From positions 177,571-241,570 of the forward strand of contig NIVC01001502.1 of the NCBI GenBank assembly GCA_002269645.1: DNA of 64,000 nucleotides, in the 5' to 3' direction. Numbering within the stretch: position 1 is the first letter of the stretch; every line of letters starts with the position of its first letter. The DNA comes from Macrostomum lignano. Lineage: Eukaryota. Of the stretch, positions 36,264 to 47,000 are shown in pieces. Below the pieces are notes generated by a model that ran no database searches, was not told the DNA's origin, and saw only the letters and a program-made list of their open reading frames with translations. Both the position numbers and the translations under genes were made by a program.

Positions 36264-39200
36264 GGGGATGTCAACTTAAGCACCAGAATGGAGCCCGAAG
36301 TTCAGCTCCGGACCAAACCGACTGCAATCGATAACTTGTCCGCCCAGACGACTAGAATCGCCGAGACATCCCATCCGGCTCCCTTCCTTGGGGTCCCAGG
36401 GGATAAAGGGGATAAAATGGGGATCTCATGTCAACTTAAGGCTCTGGAATGGAGCCCGAAGTTCAGCTCCGGACCAAACCGACTGCAATCGATAACTTGT
36501 CCGCCCAGACGACTAGAATCGCCGAGACATCCCATCCGGCTCCCTTCCTTGGGGTCCCAGGGATAAAGGGGATAAAATGGGGATCTCATGTCAACTTAAG
36601 GCTCTGGAATGGAGCCCGAAGTTCAGCTCCGGACCAAACCGATTGCAATCGATAACTTGTCGGCCCAGACGACTAGAATCGCCGAGACATCCCATCCGGC
36701 TCCCTTCCTTGGGGTCCCAGGGGATAAAGGGGATAAAATGGGGATCTCATGTCAACTTAAGGCTCTGGAATGGAGCCCGAAGTTCAGCTCCGGACCAAAC
36801 CGACTGCAATCGATAACTTGTCGGCCCAGACGACTAGAATCGCCGAGACATCCCATCCGGCTCCCTTCCTTGGGGTCCCAGGGGATAAAGGGGATAAAAT
36901 GGGGATCTCATGTCAACTTAAGGCTCTGGAATGGAGCCCGAAGTTCAGCTCCGGACCAAACCGACTGCAATCGATAAGTTGTCGGCCCAGACGACTAGAA
37001 TCGCCGAGACATCCCATCCGGCTCCCTTCCTTGGGGTCCCAGGGGATAAAGGGGATAAAATGGGGATCTCATGTCAACTTAAGGCTCTGGAATGGAGCCC
37101 GAAGTTCAGCTCCGGACCAAACCGACTGCAATCGATAACTTGTCGGCCCAGACGACTAGAATCGCCGAGACATCCCATCCGGCTCCCTTCCTTGGGGTCC
37201 CAGGGGATAAAGGGGATAAAATGGGGATCTCATGTCAACTTAAGGCTCTGGAATGGAGCCCGAAGTTCAGCTCCGGACCAAACCGACTGCAATCGATAAC
37301 TTGTCGCCCAGACGACTAGAATCGCCGAGACATCCCATCCGGCTCCCTTCCTTGGGGTCCCAGGGGATAAAGGGGATAAAATGGGGATCTCATGTCAACT
37401 TAAGGCTCTGGAATGGAGCCCGAAGTTCAGCTCCGGACCAAACCGATTGCAATCGATAACTTGTCGGCCCAGACGACTAGAATCGCCGAGACATCCCATC
37501 CGGCTCCCTTCCTTGGGGTCCCAGGGGATAAAGGGGATAAAATGGGGATCTCATGTCAACTTAAGGCTCTGGAATGGAGCCCGAAGTTCAGCTCCGGACC
37601 AAACCGACTGCAATCGATAACTTGTCGGCCCAGACGACTAGAATCGCCGAGACATCCCATCCGGCTCCCTTCCTTGGGGTCCCAGGGGATAAAGGGGATA
37701 AAATGGGGATCTCATGTCAACTTAAGGCTCTGGAATGGAGCCCGAAGTTCAGCTCCGGACCAAACCGACTGCAATCGATAAGTTGTCGGCCCAGACGACT
37801 AGAATCGCCGAGACATCCCATCCGGCTCCCTTCCTTGGGGTCCCAGGGGATAAAGGGGATAAAATGGGGATCTCATGTCAACTTAAGGCTCTGGAATGGA
37901 GCCCGAAGTTCAGCTCCGGACCAAACCGACTGCAATCGATAACTTGTCGGCCCAGACGACTAGAATCGCCGAGACATCCCATCCGGCTCCCTTCCTTGGG
38001 GTCCCAGGGGATAAAGGGGATAAAATGGGGATCTCATGTCAACTTAAGGCTCTGGAATGGAGCCCGAAGTTCAGCTCCGGACCAAACCGATTGCAATCGA
38101 TAACTTGTCGGCCCAGACGACTAGAATCGCCGAGACATCCCATCCGGCTCCCTTCCTTGGGGTCCCAGGGGATAAAGGGGATAAAATGGGGATCTCATGT
38201 CAACTTAAGGCTCTGGAATGGAGCCCGAAGTTCAGCTCCGGACCAAACCGACTGCAATCGATAACTTGTCGCCCAGACGACTAGAATCGCCGAGACATCC
38301 CATCCGGCTCCCTTCCTTGGGGTCCCAGGGGATAAAGGGGATAAAATGGGGATCTCATGTCAACTTAAGGCTCTGGAATGGAGCCCGAAGTTCAGCTCCG
38401 GACCAAACCGATTGCAATCGATAACTTGTCGGCCCAGACGACTAGAATCGCCGAGACATCCCATCCGGCTCCCTTCCTTGGGGTCCCAGGGGATAAAGGG
38501 GATAAAATGGGATCTCATGTCAACTTAAGGCTCTGGAATGGAGCCCGAAGTTCAGCTCCGGACCAAACCGATTGCAATCGATAACTTGTCGGCCCAGACG
38601 ACTAGAATCGCCGAGACATCCCATCCGGCTCCCTTCCTTGGGGTCCCAGGGGATAAAGGGGATAAAATGGGGATCTCATGTCAACTTAAGGCTCTGGAAT
38701 GGAGCCCGAAGTTCAGCTCCGGACCAAACCGATTGCAATCGATAACTTGTCGGCCCAGACGACTAGAATCGCCGAGACATCCCATCCGGCTCCCTTCCTT
38801 GGGGTCCCAGGGGATAAAGGGGATAAAATGGGGATCTCATGTCAACTTAAGGCTCTGGAATGGAGCCCGAAGTTCAGCTCCGGACCAAACCGATTGCAAT
38901 CGATAAGTTGTCGGCCCAGACGACTAGAATCGCCGAGACATCCCATCCGGCTCCCTTCCTTGGGGTCCCAGGGGATAAAGGGGATAAAATGGGGATCTCA
39001 TGTCAACTTAAGGCTCTGGAATGGAGCCCGAAGTTCAGCTCCGGACCAAACCGATTGCAATCGATAACTTGTCGGCCCAGACGACTAGAATCGCCGAGAC
39101 ATCCCATCCGGCTCCCTTCCTTGGGGTCCCAGGGGATAAAGGGGATAAAATGGGGATCTCATGTCAACTTAAGGCTCTGGAATGGAGCCCGAAGTTCAGC

Positions 39201-40311
39201 TCCGGCCCAAACCGACTGCAATCGATAACTTGTCGGCCCAGACGACTAGAATCGCCGAGACATCCCATCCGGCTCCCTTCCTTGGGGTCCCAGGGGATAA
39301 AGGGGATAAAATGGGGATCTCATGTCAACTTAAGGCCTGGAATGGAGCCCGAAGTTCAGCTCCGGACCAAACCGACTGCAATCGATAACTTGTCGGCCCA
39401 GACGACTAGAATCGCCGAGACATCCCATCCGGCTCCCTTCCTTGGGGTCCCAGGGGATAAAGGGGATAAAATGGGGATCTCATGTCAACTTAAGGCTCTG
39501 GAATGGAGCCCGAAGTTCAGCTCCGGACCAAACCGATTGCAATCGATAACTTGTCGGCCCAGACGACTAGAATCGCCGAGACATCCCATCCGGCTCCCTT
39601 CCTTGGGGTCCCAGGGGATAAAGGGGATAAAATGGGGATCTCATGTCAACTTAAGGCTCTGGAATGGAGCCCGAAGTTCAGCTCCGGACCAAACCGATTG
39701 CAATCGATAACTTGTCGGCCCAGACGACTAGAATCGCCGAGACATCCCATCCGGCTCCCTTCCTTGGGGTCCCAGGGGATAAAGGGGATAAAATGGGGAT
39801 CTCATGTCAACTTAAGGCTCTGGAATGGAGCCCGAAGTTCAGCTCCGGACCAAACCGATTGCAATCGATAAGTTGTCGGCCCAGACGACTAGAATCGCCG
39901 AGACATCCCATCCGGCTCCCTTCCTTGGGGTCCCAGGGGATAAAGGGGATAAAATGGGGATCTCATGTCAACTTAAGGCTCTGGAATGGAGCCCGAAGTT
40001 CAGCTCCGGACCAAACCGACTGCAATCGATAACTTGTCGGCCCAGACGACTAGAATCGCCGAGACATCCCATCCGGCTCCCTTCCTTGGGGTCCCAGGGG
40101 ATAAAGGGGATAAAATGGGGATCTCATGTCAACTTAAGGCCCTGGAATGGAGCCCGAAGTTCAGCTCCGGACCAAACCGATTGCAATCGATAACTTGTCG
40201 GCCCAGACGACTAGAATCGCCGAGACATCCCATCCGGTTTCAAGTGACGAAGCTCTATTCAATTCGAATATCGCATTAGCGGGTGTATTTTATTTTAGCT
40301 ATTATATATTG
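36264..40311 (+). repeat. Left TIR: about 24.6 copies of a 161-bp unit plus about 75 bp of unique inner segment
   Basis: 161-bp periodicity (ORF starts 36609, 36770, 36931 ...). The inner segment tttcaagtgacgaagctctattcaattcgaatatcgcattagcgggtgtattttatt mirrors 44099-44172. Confidence 0.95.
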
Positions 40312-40551
40312 TTTGCATTGTAATATTTCCGTCGTTTAATTTTTCTGGATTTTTGAGAATGTTTTCGCGGTTTTGATTTGACCACTTTAGGCGAGAGATT
40401 TTTGATACTGTGCGTCAAGTATTTGTAGCATTAGTTTAAGTGATATATTTTAAGTGATATATTAATGAAGTTAAGGTTTTGGTCAGTTTTTCTTACTTAG
40501 TTTTATGACAGGTGCAGATTTGTTGCAGATTGCGTTTTATACTTGCTAGTA

Positions 40552-43488
40552 ATGTCCGATTTTACTTGCTCTCAATGTGGTCATCAATTCAGCAAAGCAG
40601 CCAATTTGAACCGACATCTCGAAACGACTAGATGTGGTCGCTGCTCATCTGAATCGTCTGGAGCCTTCGCGCCTCCGAGAAACGCACGAGAGGCGCTTCA
40701 GTTTCTTGCGGTCGGTGGTAAGTATGTGAAAGTTTTTTTGAACCCAAACCTTTTTCCACGAACCGCAAATGAGAAGGAGTTCAAACGTATTTGCGGTCTT
40801 AGCTATAGTGATTTCGATAGCTTCTCAGAAATGTTACCAGAAGTATCTCGCCTTCGTATTTTGACAAAGCCATCTCGAATATTTTTGTACCTGAAGAAGC
40901 TTCGCCAAGGTTGCAGCTTTCAATCATTAGCTTTCGATTTCAACATTTCTGCCCAAAGAGCATGCGACATTTTTTGGGAGATTGCCAAGGAGCAGTACCT
41001 ACGGGATCCATATCAACCGAGGTCGATAGCGTCGACTCCGATTCAGACTCTGCTTGAGGAAAATGTAGTACGCGATCAATTTATTCTCGGTGTATTTCAC
41101 ACACTACTCAAAGGCAAGAAGCTTGTTCTTCTAGTGGGTGATCATACTTACTTTTATCTCCCTAAGAGCAGCTCACACCACACGCAAATTCGAACTTACT
41201 TTTCCGGCAAGAAAATGAATGTGAACAAAAAAATGGCGGTTGTCAACAGTAGAGGAAAAATTATCTACACCGCTCCCCTTACCGCCGCTATCTCGCCAAC
41301 AATGGGCGATGGGAATTTGACTGCAATGCAAGTTGACATGGAGGCTGAAGGACTAATAGAGCCCATTTTGTTGCGCATTCTGTGCTCTGTACAGAAAGAT
41401 TATCACGTTATTGGCATTTTCGACAAAGGTTACAGCCACCAACTTTGTTCACCAACTTCGGTTAACTTCCGCGACTTTATAGAGACTAATAGTAAAGGCT
41501 GCACGACGCTTCTATTTCCGACCAGTCCAGGTGACCGAGTTCTAAACGAGCAGTTTGAATTTGTAAATAATGAGGCTCCTGTTGGTGACCGATCAATACC
41601 AGGAAAGCTTACATCAATCGAAGCAAATACAAGTCGCTGCGCTACGCTTTTCCGTTATCTCGTAGAATGTAGCTTTGCTGCAATCAAGCAGGACAAATGC
41701 ATAAATGAGCGACAGGAGCCGTACCAATGGCTACATGCCCCAGAGTTTACCGAACGCAGCCGGCTCGATGTTGTTATTGAAAACTCCATGGCAAAATTCA
41801 ACCGTTCGCATCCAGGATTTCAAGCTACAAGGAGTCTGCCGCCGTCATGGTCAGATTGCTCCATGTTCGAATACGGACGGAACTTTGCTAAACGTCTTTT
41901 CATTGCGAATGAGCTAGACGAAATTGAGCAACTTGAGTACAATTGCGATTTGACTCGAATACCAACGAGTTCTACCCGAAAATGGACAGCAGTGGATCCC
42001 CTGGACCCTGAAAGTTCAGGGTTCCCCAGCGTTGACGAAAGAAATCTGGAAGAGCTTAGCATCGGCCCATACCACGTTCTTCAGTCAAAACGCTACATCG
42101 AAAACGTCAGAGTTCATGAGGTGCTCAGTAGCTACGCTGGAGACTCGTGGCGCGATTTCGAATTGTTGATTTCTGAACTGCCAAGCCATTTAAAATGCTG
42201 GAAGTTTCATCAGCGAGCGCCACCAAAGGGGTGGAGCAGTAAGTTTGGAGAATGGAGGCCATCTTGGATATATTTAGCCGTTCTTCATTCCCGTCATCGG
42301 TCAAAAACTTACCGAGTTGTCCTTCGTATTTGCGAAACTGCAAGTGGTAACCGATTCGGATTTCGTGACTCGGGGCTGCTGCGTCTGCATGGCTACTTTT
42401 CATCCTCAAAGGCCGGAAGCAGGACAGCAGGGTGTGACAGTCATGTTATGGCTGTGGTTAGAATGCTAGGCTGTTATGCATATCACCCCGAAAGCTACAA
42501 CATGTGCGGCAGCAGCTTCCGATTTATTGACAGTGCTTTGCCAAAAGCACTGATTGCCAATCTTTACAATGATCAATCTGGTGGTCATCCAGCTCCAAAT
42601 GCACCTCGCAGAGACAGTGCTGAATCGCAGCAAGATGAACAGAGGCACAGTTCAAATGCTACTGGTTCATTGAATTCGCCGAAGAAGTTATTTGGGTTGC
42701 CAAATAATGGCCTGCAGTGCTACGCAAATGCAGCAGTGCAATTGTTTCTCTGCCTGCATTCTAATGGATGCATTTTAAAAGAGACTAGCAACGACCAAGT
42801 CCATCGAGAGCTGCTTCGTCTTCTGACGGAGATGCAACAGCGGTCTGCAACAGTCACTCCACTGTTAACGGCAGTTCGGTTGCAACATCCAGATTCATTT
42901 CAAACAAATCAGCACCATTGCGTCAACGAATTTGTTCAAACGCTTCTAATACATCTGGAATTTCTGTCATCAGATGCTTTCACAGAATTTTCACTCATTC
43001 AAACTTGTCGGGATTGCCAGCGCACAAGTGCTGAAGTTCCTGTTGGCACAATCGATAACAGAGTGATTTGCATTCCTCTCTGTCAATTTGAGCGCTCAAT
43101 TGTCAGTTTAGACAAAATCTTCTGCGCTTTTGTCGCTCCTCAGGTAGTGAAATGTTCGGACGCCAATTGCCTGGGCGATTGTAATCAAGAGATCGTAGTA
43201 ACACCTGGAAAGTTTACCCTGATATATCTTGATCGTGCTAGTATGGATGGCCACCTTAAGCTTCAAACTCCTGTAAGCTTTTCTTCAAGGTCAGGGGGTG
43301 TTTCTACACTTGGTAAGCCAGTGGCCACAATATCACACCATGGAAACCGACTGAAATCGGGACATTTCACAGCAAGCGTACTGAGCTGTGTGTGGACGAG
43401 AATTGACGACATGAAAGTTACGTCAGACTATAACCCGTTCGTACGTGAGCCTGAGTGCATCGTGCTCGTTGCACTTTTAAACTCGTAA
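40552..43488 (+). CDS. Transposase-deubiquitinase fusion, 978 aa from ATG 40552: C2H2 finger + HTH + DDE_Tnp_4-like transposase + degenerate SWIM + USP (peptidase C19) domain
   Basis: Uninterrupted ORF. FTCSQCGHQFSKAANLNRHL (C2H2); IFLYLKKLRQGCSFQSLAFDFNISAQRACDIF (HTH_Tnp_4-like); VGDHT...TYFSGKK.N..K...GIFDKGY...RYLVECSF (D-D-E); GLPNNGLQCYANAAVQ (USP Cys box); ATISHHG...SGHFTA...WTRIDD (USP His box). Confidence 0.88.
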   Translation: MSDFTCSQCGHQFSKAANLNRHLETTRCGRCSSESSGAFAPPRNAREALQFLAVGGKYVKVFLNPNLFPRTANEKEFKRICGLSYSDFDSFSEMLPEVSRLRILTKPSRIFLYLKKLRQGCSFQSLAFDFNISAQRACDIFWEIAKEQYLRDPYQPRSIASTPIQTLLEENVVRDQFILGVFHTLLKGKKLVLLVGDHTYFYLPKSSSHHTQIRTYFSGKKMNVNKKMAVVNSRGKIIYTAPLTAAISPTMGDGNLTAMQVDMEAEGLIEPILLRILCSVQKDYHVIGIFDKGYSHQLCSPTSVNFRDFIETNSKGCTTLLFPTSPGDRVLNEQFEFVNNEAPVGDRSIPGKLTSIEANTSRCATLFRYLVECSFAAIKQDKCINERQEPYQWLHAPEFTERSRLDVVIENSMAKFNRSHPGFQATRSLPPSWSDCSMFEYGRNFAKRLFIANELDEIEQLEYNCDLTRIPTSSTRKWTAVDPLDPESSGFPSVDERNLEELSIGPYHVLQSKRYIENVRVHEVLSSYAGDSWRDFELLISELPSHLKCWKFHQRAPPKGWSSKFGEWRPSWIYLAVLHSRHRSKTYRVVLRICETASGNRFGFRDSGLLRLHGYFSSSKAGSRTAGCDSHVMAVVRMLGCYAYHPESYNMCGSSFRFIDSALPKALIANLYNDQSGGHPAPNAPRRDSAESQQDEQRHSSNATGSLNSPKKLFGLPNNGLQCYANAAVQLFLCLHSNGCILKETSNDQVHRELLRLLTEMQQRSATVTPLLTAVRLQHPDSFQTNQHHCVNEFVQTLLIHLEFLSSDAFTEFSLIQTCRDCQRTSAEVPVGTIDNRVICIPLCQFERSIVSLDKIFCAFVAPQVVKCSDANCLGDCNQEIVVTPGKFTLIYLDRASMDGHLKLQTPVSFSSRSGGVSTLGKPVATISHHGNRLKSGHFTASVLSCVWTRIDDMKVTSDYNPFVREPECIVLVALLNS

Positions 43489-44098
43489 AAGCATTTTTAG
43501 CGAAAATACAATTGTTTTAAGCGAGTGTACTGTACGTTTTGTATTGCAGATTTTAAAGGACATGCAGATTAAGAAACAATGTCATCTCACGCATTCTTTA
43601 CGTACCATAGGTTACATGTGAAGATAATTCAGACTGACATCAAATAACAAAAGCTTTGAATTAGTTGTTTCAATTTCTTTTAGACTCACAATTAACTAAA
43701 AATTGGAAGTATTTTTTACTGAAGCAAAGAACTTAAACCCAAAAACCGTTTCTTAGGACTGAGAAACTTTTGCAATTATGATTTTACTAAGCTTTGCGTG
43801 AGAGGCGTTACTTTATTTGCTTAAAAACGTGTGCTGCTTTGCATGACATGCTTTGTTTTTATTACTTTGATAACTTGTACAGCTTTGCATGATATGCTTT
43901 GTATCCATTACGTCATAACTTGTACAGCCTTGCGTGATATTCTTTATTTTACCAATATACATGGTTTCGGTTTATCGTCAAAAGTTCTGCTTACTAATAA
44001 CCAAACGAATTTACAAGTTAATTTTTTCAAACTGAGTTTCCAGATCAGCATTTTTAACAGGTTTCGATACGAGCAAATCATTTTTATTACTTAACAAT

Positions 44099-47000
44099 CA
44101 ATGTATAATAGCTGAAATAAAATACACCCGCTAATGCGATATTCGAATTGAATAGAGCTTCGTCACTTGAAACCGGATGGGATGTCTCGGCGATTCTAGT
44201 CGTCTGGGCCGACAACTTATCGATTGCAGTCGGTTTGGTCCGGAGCTGAACTTCGGGCTCCATTCCAGAGCCTTAAGTTGACACGAGATCCCCATTTTAT
44301 CCCCTTTATCCCCTGGGACCCCAAGGAAGGGAGCCGGATGGGATGTCTCGGCGATTCTAGTCGTCTGGGCCGACAAGTTATCGATTGCAGTCGGTTTGGT
44401 CCGGAGCTGAACTTCGGGCTCCATTCCAGAGCCTTAAGTTGACATGAGATCCCCATTTTATCCCCTTTATCCCCTGGGACCCCAAGGAAGGGAGCCGGAT
44501 GGGATGTCTCGGCGATTCTAGTCGTCTGGGCCGACAACTTATCGATTGCAGTCGGTTTGGTCCGGAGCTGAACTTCGGGCTCCATTCCAGAGCCTTAAGT
44601 TGACATGAGATCCCCATTTTATCCCCTTTATCCCCTGGGACCCCAAGGAAGGGAGCCGGATGGGATGTCTCGGCGATTCTAGTCGTCTGGGCCGACAAGT
44701 TATCGATTGCAGTCGGTTTGGTCCGGAGCTGAACTTCGGGCTCCATTCCAGAGCCTTAAGTTGACATGAGATCCCCATTTTATCCCCTTTATCCCCTGGG
44801 ACCCCAAGGAAGGGAGCCGGATGGGATGTCTCGGCGATTCTAGTCGTCTGGGCCGACAAGTTATCGATTGCAGTCGGTTTGGTCCGGAGCTGAACTTCGG
44901 GCTCCATTCCAGAGCCTTAAGTTGACATGAGATCCCCATTTTATCCCCTTTATCCCCTGGGACCCCAAGGAAGGGAGCCGGATGGGATGTCTCGGCGATT
45001 CTAGTCGTCTGGGCCGACAAGTTATCGATTGCAGTCGGTTTGGTCCGGAGCTGAACTTCGGGCTCCATTCCAGAGCCTTAAGTTGACATGAGATCCCCAT
45101 TTTATCCCCTTTATCCCCTGGGACCCCAAGGAAGGGAGCCGGATGGGATGTCTCGGCGATTCTAGTCGTCTGGGCCGACAAGTTATCGATTGCAGTCGGT
45201 TTGGTCCGGAGCTGAACTTCGGGCTCCATTCCAGAGCCTTAAGTTGACATGAGATCCCCATTTTATCCCCTTTATCCCCTGGGACCCCAAGGAAGGGAGC
45301 CGGATGGGATGTCTCGGCGATTCTAGTCGTCTGGGCCGACAAGTTATCGATTGCAGTCGGTTTGGTCCGGAGCTGAACTTCGGGCTCCATTCCAGGCCTT
45401 AAGTTGACATGAGATCCCCATTTTATCCCCTTTATCCCCTGGGACCCCAAGGAAGGGAGCCGGATGGGATGTCTCGGCGATTCTAGTCGTCTGGGCCGAC
45501 AAGTTATCGATTGCAGTCGGTTTGGTCCGGAGCTGAACTTCGGGCTCCATTCCAGGCCTTAAGTTGACATGAGATCCCCATTTTATCCCCTTTATCCCCT
45601 GGGACCCCAAGGAAGGGAGCCGGATGGGATGTCTCGGCGATTCTAGTCGTCTGGGCCGACAAGTTATCGATTGCAGTCGGTTTGGTCCGGAGCTGAACTT
45701 CGGGCTCCATTCCAGAGCCTTAAGTTGACATGAGATCCCCATTTTATCCCCTTTATCCCCTGGGACCCCAAGGAAGGGAGCCGGATGGGATGTCTCGGCG
45801 ATTCTAGTCGTCTGGGCCGACAAGTTATCGATTGCAGTCGGTTTGGTCCGGAGCTGAACTTCGGGCTCCATTCCAGAGCCTTAAGTTGACATGAGATCCC
45901 CATTTTATCCCCTTTATCCCCTGGGACCCCAAGGAAGGGAGCCGGATGGGATGTCTCGGCGATTCTAGTCGTCTGGGCCGACAAGTTATCGATTGCAGTC
46001 GGTTTGGTCCGGAGCTGAACTTCGGGCTCCATTCCAGAGCCTTAAGTTGACATGAGATCCCCATTTTATCCCCTTTATCCCCTGGGACCCCAAGGAAGGG
46101 AGCCGGATGGGATGTCTCGGCGATTCTAGTCGTCTGGGCCGACAAGTTATCGATTGCAGTCGGTTTGGTCCGGAGCTGAACTTCGGGCTCCATTCCAGAG
46201 CCTTAAGTTGACATGAGATCCCCATTTTATCCCCTTTATCCCCTGGGACCCCAAGGAAGGGAGCCGGATGGGATGTCTCGGCGATTCTAGTCGTCTGGGC
46301 CGACAAGTTATCGATTGCAGTCGGTTTGGTCCGGAGCTGAACTTCGGGCTCCATTCCAGAGCCTTAAGTTGACATGAGATCCCCATTTTATCCCCTTTAT
46401 CCCCTGGGACCCCAAGGAAGGGAGCCGGATGGGATGTCTCGGCGATTCTAGTCGTCTGGGCGACAAGTTATCGATTGCAGTCGGTTTGGTCCGGAGCTGA
46501 ACTTCGGGCTCCATTCCAGAGCCTTAAGTTGACATGAGATCCCCATTTTATCCCCTTTATCCCCTGGGACCCCAAGGAAGGGAGCCGGATGGGATGTCTC
46601 GGCGATTCTAGTCGTCTGGGCCGACAAGTTATCGATTGCAGTCGGTTTGGTCCGGAGCTGAACTTCGGGCTCCATTCCAGAGCCTTAAGTTGACATGAGA
46701 TCCCCATTTTATCCCCTTTATCCCCTGGGACCCCAAGGAAGGGAGCCGGATGGGATGTCTCGGCGATTCTAGTCGTCTGGGCCGACAAGTTATCGATTGC
46801 AGTCGGTTTGGTCCGGAGCTGAACTTCGGGCTCCATTCCAGGCCTTAAGTTGACATGAGATCCCCATTTTATCCCCTTTATCCCCTGGGACCCCAAGGAA
46901 GGGAGCCGGATGGGATGTCTCGGCGATTCTAGTCGTCTGGGCCGACAAGTTATCGATTGCAGTCGGTTTGGTCCGGAGCTGAACTTCGGGCTCCATTCCA

